Shown one piece after another: positions 34,740 through 51,455 of a DNA stretch of 64,000 nt; the first letter of the stretch is position 1, and each line of letters opens with the position of its first letter. Origin of the DNA: the human T2T-CHM13v2.0 reference genome, Homo sapiens; NCBI RefSeq assembly GCF_009914755.1, contig NC_060931.1; one strand, given 5' to 3'. Both the position numbers and the translations under genes were made by a program. The notes below the pieces were generated by a model. The model was given only the letters and a program-made list of their open reading frames with translations. It ran no database searches and was not told where the DNA came from.

Positions 34740-36350
34740 ACAGCTACAGAACCACAGAACCTTAGAGAAGGATTGGCCTTTAAAGATCACTGAGCCAAAT
34801 CCCATCTCAAATCCCTGAATCCTCTCTGCAACTCTCCATCAAATGGCTTTTCAGCCTTAAAAAAAATTCAGTGACTAAGAAATCATTATTTTCCATGGCA
34901 GTCATTCTAACTTTGGACAGCTCTCAGTTTAGGGAAAAAAAGTCTTTTTTCAGAGGAGCCAAAAACCTGTCTCCTATTGTCATAATTCTCACTCTAGGGT
35001 CCACAGAGGACAATCCTCATTTCTCTTCCAATGATGATCCTTTGGAGAGCTTCCTCCCTTCTTAATCTTCTCTTCTCTAGGATAAACATCCTCCATTTCT
35101 TCCATCATTTTTCACATGATTTGATTTTATATGCACCTCAATTGTCTAATATTCCTCTTAAAATTTACATTCTGACGTAACAACACAGCTTTAGTCTGTA
35201 ACAGAGTAGAGTAGAAGTATAATTTCCCTTATTTTACAGTGGTTATAGCTCTATTTTTGCAGTGCAATGTCAAGGTGGATTTTCTAGAAGTCACACTAAT
35301 GTTCAGTATAATTGCTAACATTCATTAGGAGCTCCCCAGGTGCCAAGCACCTCGAAGATGCTTCACATGCATCATCTCATTTAATTCTCCTGACAACCAC
35401 CTATGAGGTAGGTCCTATTTTTTATCCCCACTTCCAAATGAGAGAAATAAACCTGAGAAAAAATAAGCACCTTACCCAAGGTCAAATACCCCATAGGTGG
35501 CAAAATTTGGATTCTAGCCCGGGATTTCTGAAAAACTGGTAACTAACACCTATTGAGCACTCATGTGCCAAGCACCTCGAAGATTCTTCACATGCATCAT
35601 CTCATTTAATTCTCCTGACAACCACCTATGAGGTAGGTCCTATTTTTATCCCCATTTCCAAATGAGAGAAATAAACCTGAGAAAAAATAAGCACCTTACC
35701 CAAGGTCAAATACCCCATAGGTGGCAAAATTTGGATTCTAGCCCGGGATTTCTGAAAAACTGGTAACTAACACCTATTGAGCACTCATGTGCCAGCACTG
35801 TGCTGAGCCCTTACTTCTAATGGGAAAAATTATTATTCCCATTTTATACAAAGGGAAACTGAGGGAACAAGAGGTGTAGTAAAATGGTTAGAAATTAATA
35901 ACTAACTTATCCGAACAAGGTTACTTTATATACGCAGGTTCAGGATCTTATATTTATCTCTTACAAAATTAATCTTACTGCATTCAGTGCATCACTCTAC
36001 CCTGTCAAAATTTTTAGATGCTGATTTCATCATCTAAAGTATTTTTATCCCTGCTACTTTTTTTACAACTGCAAATTTCATAAGAAAGTCTTCCATGTGT
36101 TCAAGTTACCAACAAATTACACCACATGAAAGGTGGCCTAGGAAAGATTGATCCACAAGCCACTAAAAACCTCTTTCCAGGTGCCCTCAATCCACTCATC
36201 AGACCTTAGGAACACAATCATTCAACCCCTAATACACTATCATCCAGTCCATATTTCTCCATTTGTCCACAAGGATACAAGGAATTTTTTAAGTATCCTA
36301 CTGAAATATAGATTTGTCATCCCAGCTCACATATGGTAACTCTATCAAGA
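34740..36350 (-). mobile_element. L3/CR1 remnant interrupted by MIRs
   Basis: CR1-like 3' end (cacagaaccttagag...aaagatcactgagccaaatccc) and degenerate RT-like sequence near 35930-36350. Confidence 0.5.
35341..35794. repeat. Tandem duplication, 2 x ~225 bp, MIR-derived
   Basis: Units start with tgcca at 35341 and 35566, third junction at 35790; only 3 differences between the copies. Confidence 0.95.
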
Positions 36351-37140
36351 AAGAATATCGTATTAATGTGAAGTAATTTAGGGATAATATTATAAATCTA
36401 TCGTGGATATTAGTGATTGCCATTTTTCTTGTACATATTCATTATGTTTTAAGAAACAAAACACTAAATTAGGTATACATTAAATTGTCTCCATACTCAT
36501 GATACCATGTATTTATTCATGTAATTATGTATAACACTTTCTGCATTTTCAAAGTCAAATTTTAGTTCCAGTATCTTCCCACTCAGTCTTACGAGTCGTC
36601 TGAATTGATTTCGGTAGGCAGCATGACATGTTGCTTTCTGTAATCCGTGCTTGTGAGATTGACCTCTTGGGCATCTTTAAGATCAACAGTATTATTGTTA
36701 GGTTTTGTTTGCATTTCCCATTTAGTTAAACTGAGTTTCACTTTTTCCTTGATTGAATTATTCATCAGTGCAAGTGAATTACCTTCTCTTGAAAGTTATC
36801 CAGAAGCTTTTGATAGATAGATGTTTGGCACCTGAATAATAATCCTTTAAGACCACAAATCTGTCATGCAGTCTTTTCTGGCTTTGAAATGCTATAATAT
36901 AGACAATAGATTTGGCAATTTTCTACTACCTTTGATTTCATTTTTGGCATTTACTAGCTCTTCTTTGTACAAAATAATGTCTCCTTTCAGCTCTGCATTA
37001 TAATGTTATCTCTCTGTAAAACAGCTAAAGCAACATTAGGGATTCAAACTTAAATGCAAGCATCTGAATGCTACCGCATAGGACTGTATTATCACTTACA
37101 AAGATAACGACCACTAAGAAGCACAGAAGCTAGGGCATGG

Positions 37141-37180
37141 GTTTTTTTGTTTGTTTATTTGTTTGTTTGTTTGTTTGTTT
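37141..37180. repeat. (GTTT)n simple repeat
   Basis: Seen directly. Confidence 0.85.
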
Positions 37181-37677
37181 TGACATTGCTTCCTGGGAAA
37201 CACCCAGATGTCAGGTATGTCAAAATGTGAAAATACATAACTCTGACAATTGAAGAAATACAATAGTTACACATATTATTGAGGAGTTTAGGTCCTAAAT
37301 TGTGTCCATTTTTCAAAGCAGTATCAAATTGACAATTTTCAACAGTAGATTTCTGGTCTCCATTCCCTATCTACAACCTAAAACAGAAGATGAAGCTGTT
37401 TGATTAAGAAGAAATAAAGGTCATACATCTAAATCAACTATTATAAAATATTTTGTTTAAAATACTTTATATTTTCTAACCGAATACCAAATTTCCCCCA
37501 GGTATTTTTGTAAAGCTGGTGTTACCGCTATTGTCCTGTCCCAGTTAGTTTTATTTTAAATATATCTGTAGTGCTATTATCCCCCTGAGAGATAAAAAAG
37601 GTCACTTTCCTTTTAGAAAACACAGAATTATTCAACAGAGCTTAATAACTGCACTGCTAATGTAATTCTTGCTATAC

Positions 37678-37850
37678 CTCTGAAAGAAAATGCTTCTTGA
37701 GACAGATTCAGACCAAGTTTCATTTGTAATGTTAATGTATTTTGCCTGAGAAAGATTCAGCTGTGTCACTTCTTCACATGTTGGCCAGATCCTAAGAAGG
37801 TTTTGGTAATAGAGTGGAGAAAGACACTCGTTCTCATTTCTCATCTCAGT
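37678..37850 (-). pseudogene. Best-preserved candidate exon (173 nt, phase 0 to 2)
   Basis: Acceptor cattttatttctag|, donor AG|gtatag. Open frame TEMRNENECLSPLYYQNLLRIWPTCEEVTQLNLSQAKYINITNETWSESVSRSIFFQ has three N-x-S/T sequons. Confidence 0.6.
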
Positions 37851-40154
37851 CTAGAAATAAAATGACATTAGCCACTTGTAGTATGCCAATTCATGTTCCT
37901 TTGATTATTTTATGACTCCTTAGCATTTATAAAGTAGTCCTTCAATTTTGATACCACATATCCTGATTGGCATTTAATGATGTTTTTGTTGTTGTTAACA
38001 AAATGAGGTGGCCTAAGAAGTTTATTAATATTATAACCTAAAAAAATAAAATTACCGAAATGATTTGAGCAAGAGCCAGCCCACCTCTTTCTTTTTAAGT
38101 GGAGGCTGGTGGGGAAAGTACCTAAATGCTTGTGGTTTTAGGGTAGCAACTCAGTTTTGAATCTTACTCAGGGAAAGAAAGAACAAGATGTGTTTTCAAA
38201 TCTATTCAGGAAATAAATTTTTTCTAAGCAATATAAGAAAGTAATTAAGTAAACAACATGAAGCCATCATCAAAGATGGAGGTTATTCATAGAAGAAACT
38301 GAATAAAACAGTTTTTACACAGTAGTAAATAGTTATTATACTTGTTTCACACTCCCATACTTCATCCCATTCTAATTACCTGTTTATAATTGCTAGGTTA
38401 ACTGATAATAGTTTAACTGATAGTTTTGATTCTACTATCAGTCTTCCATAAATGACATGTTGTAGATTGCATAAAACTGACAGGTTTATGCAGCTATGGA
38501 TAACTCAAATTATTATTAAATAATATTATATTAAATATATTTATTTTAAAAATACATTAAGTAATAAATTAGTTCCCCTACTAATTCAACTTCAAATTGC
38601 TTAGCCTAGAATTCATGGCTCTTTCATGCTGTAGCCTCAGTCTGGCTTTTTATTTTTATCATTAACTATTTCTTTAAAATCACCTACAATTCAGCCAAAC
38701 ATACTGTTCTCTAAAGTCAGTCCATGTTTTTTTACCTCTATACCTTTGTTCATGCTCTTTGATCCTTCTACCTGGAATGAACTTCTACTCATCCCCCTGT
38801 GTCTATCCCATAGATTGGGATAAAATATCATCTTTTAAAAAAAGCTTTGCTTTATTTCCCCAGTTAGGTGTGCACATTTAATTTACACCATTTTACTGAA
38901 TTGATCACTTATATCATTAAAGTCTTTGAAATCCAGAAACTTTTCAATGTACTTATTGGTATCTTCTGCAGTATAACACAACACATCACATAATAGAGTG
39001 CCTAGTAAATATGTAAATATATATATATGAATAAATGTCTAGTCTACAATCTTGTATTTATACTCTCTCATATTCATAAAGGATCCCCTCATTCTTTCCA
39101 TGCCAATCTTAAATTTATTGTAGGAATAAATTATATTCCAAGACTCTAAAATTTCATTTTCTGGTAATATGACACATTTACTGGAAATGTGACCAACCCT
39201 CCCACTGAAAATAATTAAAATAATAAAAAATATGTTTAAATACATTGATGTGTTAGAAGGAGAGGACTCTCAGAAGTGAAAAACTATTCATATTGCATGC
39301 CTTATCAAAACATTTCGTGTGTCCCATAAATATATATACCTACTATGTACTCACAAAAATTAAAAATTAAAGAATTTAAAAAATAAAAAGTAGTGAAAAA
39401 CAAATTGAAAATAGAAATCTAGAGAGGTAAGCTGAGCTTTCAATCTGATTTCACCTTAAGGACATTTGCCCATGAAGGTGAACGTGAGCTTCTGTATTCA
39501 CAGGTAACAGGAAATAAATCCTGAGAGGAACATACCCAAGATGAGGAATCTTAAAAGAGATGCCTTAATAAATCAGGAATCTCAAAGTCCTAAACCCTCA
39601 AGGTACATGTAAACTAGAAATAAATCCAGGGAACAGCAGGGAAGATTGTTTATTACAAAATATGGCGTTGGGTAGAAGGAAACATAAAATTGCCCCCTTG
39701 GGATTCGTTTGCACAAGCTGGCCCTCACCTGAGCTTATAGCCCAACCTCATACTACCTGGGGATATTCAAAAAACCTCAGAGAAGAAAATTTAAAGTGTT
39801 TCTGTGTTGGTAGACTCCCTTCCCCCGGCCACCAATGTTCAGCAGAAGCAAATGCAAATAGTCACTGAGGTATAAATTGTTAATATAGGGCTCAGAAACA
39901 TTCAACAGATAAAATTCCAAAAACTAAACTAATAGTTAAAACTTACAAAATGCGCAGAGAAACAAGTCATCTTGGGTGAGAGGTAGTAGAAGCAACAGAT
40001 AGCAAAGTTAGATACATAAAGACTTCAAATGTTGGAATTATAAGACAAATGATGAAAAATATATTTAATATATTTTAAAATGTAAAAAACCCTGAAAATA
40101 TAAGAGGAAAAGAAAAGAATATAGAAAAGACAAATTTCATTTTAAAAAAAGAAA

Positions 40155-40255
40155 CAGAGAGAGAGAGAAGGGAGGAAGTGAGAGGGAAGGAAGGAGAGGG
40201 AGAGGAAGGGAAGGAAGGGAGTAAGGAAAGGAAGGAGGAAGAGAAAAGGAAGAAG
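40155..40255. repeat. GA-rich low-complexity tract
   Basis: Seen directly. Confidence 0.85.
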
Positions 40256-40284
40256 GTCAGAACATTTAGGAATTTAAAATATAA

Positions 40285-40590
<306 letters not shown>

Positions 40591-40605
40591 TTAAAATATA
40601 ATAAT

Positions 40606-40950
40606 TGTATTAGTCCATTTTCACACTGCTGATTAAAGACATACCCTAGACTGGGCAATTTACAAAAGAAGGAGGTTTAATGGACTCACATGTCCACATG
40701 TCTGGGGAGGCCTCACAATCATGGCAGAAGGTGAAAGGCATGTCTCACATGTTGGCAGACAAAAGAAGAGAGTTTGTGCAGGGCAACTCCTCTTTGTAAA
40801 ACCATTAGATCTCCTGATATATATTCACTATCACGACAACAGCACAGGAAAGACTTGCCCCCATGATTCAATTAACTCCCACTGGGTCATTCCCACAACA
40901 CGTGGGAATTCAAGATGAGATCTGGGTGAGGATGCAGCCCAATCATATCA
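40606..40950 (-). mobile_element. THE1A solo LTR
   Basis: tgtattagtcc...catatca; perfect TSD ataat. Confidence 0.9.
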
Positions 40951-41059
40951 ATAATAATGAAATCCAAAACTCAGTATATTCTCCTTTTCCATTCTTTATC
41001 TCTTTCCTTTGGTCCAGGCCAAGAATTCAGGGTTGATTTTTTTTAATTAAATAAATGTC

Positions 41060-42560
<1,501 letters not shown>

Positions 42561-43769
42561 ACGTTTTTTTAAAAAAAAAAAAAATCCCTTCAACAGATTT
42601 AACTTGTTAACTACATACAAATACTTCCTAAATCTCTATTGCAATGTCCTGTAACCACATTAATTTTAATAAATTTAAAATTGAAATAATCTTTTTCCTA
42701 AAGTCATCTGTCTCAAACCTTGTAGTAATGCTTAGCAATTAAGTTACTTTGCTTTCCACATTCAGTTGTTCACAAAATACAGTCAGTTCTTCCTCTGCAA
42801 AGTTTCTCACATTTTTGTCCTTTTTATTCCTATGTCACTGTCACCATTCAGAGTCTCATTTTCTTGAACCTCTGATAAAGTTCTAACTGGTCTCCCTGCC
42901 TCAAATTTCTCACTTTTACACCTTTCCTGCTTCCTGCTCACAGATCTAGATTAATCCACATTTTGTGTTTTAGAAAGCACTCTAGGAAAAAATAGAATTA
43001 ATCCACTTTAACACAATTTAATTTCAAATTAAAACATGTTTAATCATAACCATATAATAAAATATTATTAAATGTGATCTAAGAATGGAGAGTGGCTTTT
43101 TGGTTAAAAAAGTCACGAAACGATATATTACAGAGTTAGCAACACAATGTGGTGAAGAATATATGAACTCTAATTGGTTAACCATAGGAAAAAAATAAAA
43201 TTATGTGTGTTTTATTAGGAACATAATAACATACAACAGTAAAAATTAAAGAACTACAGCTACATAAAGCAACATAGATGAATCCAAAGAACATAGTTCT
43301 AAACAAAAAAGCAAGCTATACAAAATGCAAGTAGTATAGTTCTATTCATATAAAGCTCAAAACATGTACCACCTATGTGGATTGTTTTTTAATTTATAAT
43401 ACTGCTGGTTCTTTACAATCTGAAGGCAAGCAATTTATTTAGGTAGAAATTTGAAAATAATTTTATTACATTATGAATTTTCTGGGGCTCAGCCAAGGAG
43501 TTTTCATCAGTCCTTTTTCAGAAATTGGTGAGATATAAATTAGAAAGGAAGAAAAAGAGAATAAAATGTGAAAAGCAGAATGAGAGAGGTATGCATATTT
43601 TTCTCTGGTGCCAAAATGAATACATTTTAACTTTTCAACTTCACCTTTCTTTTACCTTTTTTCAGAGCTCAAGTAAGCAATCTTTTATTCTGCCTTGCAT
43701 GCCTTATAAAATGCTTAATATATCGACCAGAGGATACAATAATCAGTTATATTAATATCAGCATTACTA

Positions 43770-44010
43770 TGTAAAGCAATGAACCTTGTCCAAAGACCTG
43801 GTTTCTACATACACTTCCACAATTTGTTCACGTATCCTTCATCAAGTCACATAACTACACTGGGCCTCAGTTTTCCCTTCTGTTAAAACAGAAATTATCA
43901 TGCCTGCCTCAGAATATCCTCCTGAGAATTAAAATAGTAAATACATATTTTTGTAAAGTTCCTGTGTGGTACCCAACATGTGATAGGCATTCAACAAATA
44001 TAAGTTCCCT
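43770..44010 (+). mobile_element. MIR
   Basis: caagtcacataactacactgggcctcagttttcccttctgt. Confidence 0.7.
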
Positions 44011-44829
44011 GCAACCATTAATGTGCTACAGAATCATCTGAGTCATTTAAAAATAAGAAGGGGAAGGGGCAAAATTGGACTTCAGAAGGCAAGCAGCTGC
44101 TTAATTTGCTCCCATTCCATAATTATGAGGTCACTAAATCTGTTGAAAATATATTTATTTATAAGTCTTTTGTGACAAAAAAGAAGTCATGGTAATTCTA
44201 ACTTTTGTTTGCTTTTCCTTAGCTAGTGATGTCACTATGTGTTCAGTATTCCCACTGGTTTATTTCCCTCTTTATTTTATATAACAGTCCTTTGCCAATT
44301 TGATGACAACCAACATGTCCTGTCATTTGTTTCCTGTTCTTTTATGTAGTTTTCTCATGACCCAGATCCCAAACTACTAATCCCATCCTCCTTTAAGTTG
44401 CCTCTGACTGGTGAATATGCAGTCTATTTTTATGCTTATGAAAATAATTAACCTGTTATTGGTATATTCAATTTCCTACACTGTTGAGGCCCTCCTTCTG
44501 TTGCTTCAGTTGTTGAACATGGAGGACTGTCTGCAATTGTCTATGAGGAATCCGGACATAAATTTGAACCCAGAAAACATGCAATGATACATACCATAAT
44601 GTATACATTATTCCTGGGGTTAAACCCTAGGAATGACTGCCCCCAATGACTTACTTAACCAGAATGAATCCAGACTTCCTGCCTTAATCCATTTTCTCTA
44701 TCTGTGCACGCGAACTTTTAACTCTGTTTTTACTTTCACAATGTCTAATACAATGATATGCACCAAGCTGATCATCAATAAATCTTGTTGACTGACAGAT
44801 TCCTTTTAAAGAATGTGACATAGACAATG

Positions 44830-45200
44830 GGAAGGTCACATTTCCCCACCTTTTGAATCTAGGTCAGGCCATGTAACCAGTTTGGCCAATGAAATGTAGG
44901 GTGGCGATACACCTCACTTTCTGGCCTGACCCCTGAAACATCCCATGCGGTCTTCCACACTCTTTGCTTGTCAGCTGGTCAAATGAAGGGCACTCGGTGA
45001 GGGAATCTGGAAGTTTTCCTGGAAAGTAGAAGCACCCAATGGAAGGAACCTGGGTCCCTGACTCAACACCGGGGAAGAAAACCCCTAGGAGAGCCACCTG
45101 GTCTCTTTTGGTCTGTGACATCAATAAGAAATAAAACATTCTGTATTAGGCCACTGCAACTTGAAAGCCGTTTCTCATAGCAGCTAATGTTAATTAGTGT
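44830..45200 (+). mobile_element. Old MLT1 LTR
   Basis: ggccatgtaaccagtttggccaatgaaatg...gaaataaaacattctgtattaggccactg. Confidence 0.7.
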
Positions 45201-45885
45201 GTCGAGTATCATGAACCACCTTACTACCTGACAGTTTACATGTCAGAATAAAGCACAAGATAAAGCTATGGAATCTTTTCAAAAGTAATTTTGATAATTC
45301 AGATAATTCCCAAAAGTAATTTTTAATGGAATTGTTCAGATTTTCTATTGAAAACTTAGATTTAGTACATAAAGCCCTGAGCCTCCCTTAACTATTTCAT
45401 ATAATCACTTTCAACTTTATTTATTTATAACCAAAACAAATCTGCATCCACTACTTCTAATAAATTATATTCTAAGAAACATAAATGTTCTTGAGAAAAA
45501 AGAAACTAAACTATCCTCAAGAATATTTTCTCATATATTCTGGCTCTGATCTGTCAGTATAATTTAGATTGTGATTGGCCTAGTCCAGTCAAAACCATAC
45601 CTGTGTGTTACAAGCATCATGTAAGTGTGACCTCTCTAAGTATTAAATACTAGGAAATACATAAGAATGAAAATCAACAGATAGTTTGGGCAATATTGGG
45701 GGAACGTCAAACCGATTTATTTTATTCTTAATAATCTCTAGTTCCTAGGCATTCCAAAGCTCTTAGAATAGCTAGCCTTTTGTTATAGTTGACTTCTAGC
45801 ATAGTTTCTTTCATAATGTAAAAAGAATATCCTTCTTACCCTTAACTATAAGTTGTGAAACTTAGAACTTACAGGTTAAGAATAT

Positions 45886-46378
45886 GTGTGTTTGGAGACA
45901 ATTCTCCATGAGTCTTTCATGTTTCTTTACATCTTGTAGAAGGAGGCTGACAGCCTTTCATTCTGCACTGACTGTTGAAAGATGACACATAGTGAACAGT
46001 TTTGGAAAGCAGAGATAGTATGTCCTTCTGAAGCACAGAGTAGGTTTGCCGTACAGTAAACTAAAAATAATGTCTTCGTCTGGTTAAAAGTTTGTGCAAG
46101 TTTGAGGTTTTTAAGTTTAGGGTTCCTCAGCTGTAACGTAAATCTACTGTGTGCACAGCACCCATCTAGGGCCATCGACATTGCTCCATGGGACTTGAGG
46201 GACTTGGAGAATGGGCACTAACATGAGGCCCATGCTGCCTCATGTGCCATGAGTAATAAAGTCCTCAGTATGACTCAGGAATCTCATGTCTTCTGCCAGC
46301 CCCCATGAAACTGTAACAAGCTAACTTGTTAGCTTGAAAGCAGGGCAAACCTCAGACTTTTCATAATCCTAGATAACA
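45886..46378 (+). mobile_element. ERV1-class solo LTR (MER89/MER90-like)
   Basis: tg...gacaattctccatgagtct ... gagtaataaagtcct ... gctaacttgttagcttg ...ca. Confidence 0.55.
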
Positions 46379-47737
46379 TGATATAGGAGATGTCTACTCC
46401 AAAAAAAATAAGCAAATAAATAAAAAGACAGAGAGAGCCCACGCCTTCCTGTTCAGAGAGAGTGTAGAAAATAGAAATGACAAGGAAATCCAAAAGTAAG
46501 ATCAAATGACTATGCCTTTCCGTCCTCTCTCAGGATGGGATGCCTAGACAGAACAGGGGGAATGGAGATACATGCCCTGATAAAGGTACCTGAGGTGCTG
46601 AGAGAGCTGGAGGACAAGCAAAAGCCTGAAGTTGGGATTGTGAGGCTGTGATCTTCACATCTAGAAACATATGACTGGGATCAGGTATATGCCAGCCTAG
46701 TGTCCAAATGACCACATAGGCCCAAGTACACCTCACTGGACACTAGCCAGAATAGCCAATTCACAGCAGAGACCGGCTAAAATTTAGAGATGCCTGTCTC
46801 CTCCTACAATCATGTAGTCACTCAGCGTCACCCCCAAATACACCCAGATACCATTTTGGAATGTTATTGAAGGAGGTTAAAGAAATTTTAAATCTAAGAA
46901 TCAGAATCATTCAGAATAGATTATTTTAAAAAGATGATACTGTTTACTGGCAAGTTTAAAGTCTATGTCTCATCTCTTCCTCCCCCATTTCTGCCACAAG
47001 AAGGTACAGGAAACTTTAAAGTTACATTTTATTGGCCTGTTATATGAGTAAATTTATAATCATTGATAAATATAGGGCCACAGCAATTGCATAAAGAAAA
47101 CATCTGATTTTTAAATCCTGATATCTATAAATGATAGTATAGGTACAAAGAACTAGAAAGTACATGACTGGTTTGAAAGTCCTCTGATCCAATAATATGA
47201 ATTCTAAATTGGCCAGACTGTCACATACTTGAGAATGGCAACTGAACTTTACTTATCTTTGGATCCCTCCCTCCCTCCCTAACTAGCATAGCATATAATG
47301 AAGAAATATTTGAATATAACTTACTGGTTAATTCCCGATCATTTTAGAATTTAGAGTTCCACTGTGTCTTTAAGTCTTACTTTTCAAAACATTTTGATTA
47401 CATGAAAATACCTTCAGAAGAGTTATTTCTTTAGCTCTTATAACAAAAAGACCTTATCAGGATTAGTATAAGACTGGAAGTAAGAGAAGTGAGCAGAGTT
47501 CTGAGAAATAATAAAGAGTAGGAGTAAAGGGGAAAAAATTGACAGGTCAAACAAAATTCTGCTTCACAATTTTGCCCTGGACCAGCCCTGAAAAAGAGTG
47601 TGCAAGAATAGTCATTTTCCTCCTGAAAGGCATTTTATTACTCTAACAGCTAAACTAGTAAACTAGCATGATTGAGAAATAGCAAAAGGAAAATGGTATC
47701 TCCCCAGTGATTCTTTCTCATTTCAGATACTATCCAC

Positions 47738-48246
47738 TGTTCTGAGTTAAAGTATTTGAGAAAAACGCACCCCTCCCCTCTAAAGGTATCCATGTCCTAA
47801 CCCCCAGAATGTATCAGTATGATACCTTACCTGCCAAAGGGGACTTTGCAGATGTGATTGAGTTAAGACTCTTACAAGGGGGAGAAGGGAGGAACTATCT
47901 GGAATTATCCAAAATCCCAATGTAATCATAAGGAAACTTAAATGTGAAAAGGGAAGCAGAAGAGTCAGAGTTAGAGTGATGTGGTGCAAGAAAGACTCAA
48001 CAGGACATTGCTGGCTTTGAAGATGGAAGATGGAGGTGGGAGACCCTTAGAAACTGGAAAAGGCAAGAAAACAGAGGCTTCCTTGGGGCCTCCAGAAAGG
48101 AGCGTAGCCCTGCCAGCCCCCCGATTTTAGCCTAACGAGACCCATTTGAACGTCTCACCTCCAGAACTGTAAGATAATAGATTTGTATGGGTTTAAGCCA
48201 CAAATTTTGAGGCAATCTGTTATAGCAGCAATAGGAAAGTAATACA
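47738..48246 (+). mobile_element. MLT1D-like LTR
   Basis: aaaggggactttgcagatgtgatt ... tatagcagcaataggaaagtaataca. Confidence 0.85.
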
Positions 48247-49029
48247 ATAGTCATCAAAAGCTTCTTTTAAAATGTAAATATTGTGAGAGGGAAGCAAGAC
48301 TGAAGTAAGAATCAAACCATTATTCAATCAATATATTTGTTTAATCATGTGAGAAAAGGCTTTTGAAATCTGCCTTAAGACTGGCACATTTTCAGTTGTT
48401 ATGTCCATCAGGAAGAATTCAAACATGGCACGTCCTCTCCAGTGGACTAGGAAGCCAGGATGCAGTTCTGTAGGGAACGTAAGAGCTAGACAAGGGCATG
48501 GGGTGACTGAGGCACTGAAATGGAGAAGGATTCCAGGAGTTTTTTATGTTTCTGTTTCCCTGAGAGGTTCTTAAAACATGAATAGTAAAAAAGAAACACA
48601 GTAGTAAATATCCAGGCTTGTGGGATAATGAAAAAAATCAATCATTAAACAACTTCATCTCCAGGATGACTTCAGTAATTTAGGAAGTAATGGCCTGTCC
48701 TAGATATGAGTATGTTTCTTGATTTTTGGAAAATAGATACAACCTTACATTCACACCAAAAAAGAAGTAGATGGCAAGTAATTATTTGTTGACTAAATAC
48801 AGTATAAATAGTATATTAGAGGCTAAGCTAGAAATAATTTGAAAAAGGTGAATGCATCAATTTTATTTACTTAGAATTTTTAAAAATTAAAATTAATGCT
48901 AAGAATGAAACCAAATTGTTAACAATGGTTGTCTTTAGGTGATGAAGCTAAAGAGTTATAATTTTTTCTTCTTTTTACTTTTTTATATCTTTTTCTAATT
49001 TTATATAATGAACATGTACTACTTTAAAA

Positions 49030-49860
49030 ATTATTTTTGTGGTAAGAGCAGTTAACATGAGTTCTACTCTCTCAATGAATTTTTAATTATACCATACATT
49101 ATTGTTACTATAGGTACAATGATGTATAGCAGATCTCTAGAGCTTATTTATCTGGCTTTACTGAAACTTTATGCCTGTTGATTCATAACTCCCCATTCTC
49201 CCTTCTGCTCAGCCCGAGATAACACTATTCCATTCTTTGAGCCTATGAATTTAATTATTTTAGATAGCTCATATAAGCGAAATCATGCAGTATTTGTCTT
49301 TCTGTGTCTGGCTCATTTAACTAGCATAATGTCCTCCAGATTAATCCATGCCATCACATATTGCAGAATTTCCTTCTTTTTTAAGGCTAAATAATATTCC
49401 ATTATGTGCATATAGCACGTTTTCTTTATATATTCACCAGTCAATTAACATTTTGGTTATTTTCACATGTTGGCTACTGTGAATAGTGCTGCAATGAACA
49501 TGAGAGTGCAAATATCTCTTCAGGAACCTGATTTCAATTCTTTTGGATAAATACCCAGATCTAGGAATCTTAGATGATATGGTAGTTCCATTTTTAATTA
49601 TGGGGGGAATCTCCATACTGTTTTGCATAGCATCATAGCACCTACACCAGTTTGCATTTGCACTAACCATGTGCAAGCGTTCCAGTTTCTCCATATCCTC
49701 CTCAACACCTGTTATCTTTTGTGAGATTTTTTAAAATAATGACCATACTAATGGGTATGAGGCAATATCTCCTTGTGGTTTTGATTTGCATTTCTCTGGT
49801 GATTAGTGGCATTAATATTTTTTCATATATGTGTTGTTCATTTGTCTGTGTTCTTTGAAT
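49030..49860 (-). mobile_element. L1MA (MA9-like) 3' fragment
   Basis: ttttgtggtaagagc...agcagatctctagagcttattt; ORF2 C-terminal remnants in the ORF track. Confidence 0.75.
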
Positions 49861-49911
49861 GTGTATTACTCTTAAATCTGACAAATTAATAGACCTTTAA
49901 AAATTAAGGTC

Positions 49912-50245
<334 letters not shown>

Positions 50246-50339
50246 TTAGTGCAGGAATGGTTTTTATAACATAGTGAATGTTAACAATTGAAAAGGAAAG
50301 TTACAGCTTTACATTCAAAAAAAGAACTTCTTTTTTTGC

Positions 50340-50705
50340 TTTCATGATTTTTAGTTGACACATAATAATTGTACATATTTTTAGGTACAGTGTGATATTT
50401 TGATACATGTGTATAACGCATAATGATCAAATCAGGGTAGTTAGCATATCCATCACTTTAAACATTTATCACTTATTTATGTTGGGAACATTCAAAATCT
50501 ACTCTTCTAGCTATTTGAAAATATACAATAAATTGTTTATAATTATAGCCAATCTATTGTGCTTCCTCCTATCTAGCTGGACTTTTGTATCTGTTAATCG
50601 ACCTTTGGCTACTCCCCCAAACTCCTGTCCTTCCCCTGCCTCTAGTAACTATTCTATTCTCTACTTCTGTGAGATCAACTATTTTGGCTTCCATATATTG
50701 GTTAG
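50340..50705 (-). mobile_element. L1MA 3' fragment
   Basis: ttgacacataataattgtacatatt...aatgatcaaatcagggta. Confidence 0.75.
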
Positions 50706-50798
50706 ATCTTAATTAATGGTCAAGAGGCAGCTTTGCATTGTATCAGTGACCTGTAAAAGTTCTCTGTAGTAATTATAATCTTTAAAGTACACCTTTGA

Positions 50799-51455
50799 GG
50801 AGGATGCAGAGGAAAGGGAACTCCGATAATACACTGCTGGTGGGAATGTAAATTAGTCAAACCTCTATGGAAAACAGTATGGAAAATTTCTCAAAGATGT
50901 AAAGATAGAACTACCATTCAACTCAGCAGTCCCCACCACTGGGTATCTACCCAAAGGAAAAGAAATCAACATATCAAAAAGATACTTGGACTCGTATGTT
51001 TACCGCAGCACTATTCACAACAGCAAAGATACAGAATCAAACTAAGTGTCCATCAACAAATAAATGGACGAAGAAAATGTGATACATATATCTCATGGAA
51101 TTCTATTCAGTCATAAAAAGAATGAAATTATGTCTTTTACAGCAATATGGATGGAATTGGAGGTCATTCTTTTAAGTAAAACAAGCCAGGCACAGAAACA
51201 TAAATATCACCAGTTCTTACCCATAATTGAGTGCTAAAAAATATGTTCACACAGACATGGATAGTGGAATGATAGATAATGGAGACTCAGAAGGGTGAGG
51301 GAGTGAGTGGTTGGAGGATGATGAGAAATTGGTTAATGAGTACAATGTACGTTATTTAGGTGATAAATAAAAGCCCTGACTCGACCACTATGCAATCTAC
51401 ACATGTAACAAAATTGCACATGTACCCCATAAATTTGTAAAAATAAAAAGGAAAA
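50799..51455 (+). mobile_element. L1MA4/L1PB4-like 3' fragment
   Basis: TSD tacacctttga at 50788-50798 and 51460-51470. Confidence 0.8.

Noticed and set aside
35341-35794. CRISPR-like or satellite array
   Set aside because: Only two MIR-derived units, no spacers, eukaryotic context.
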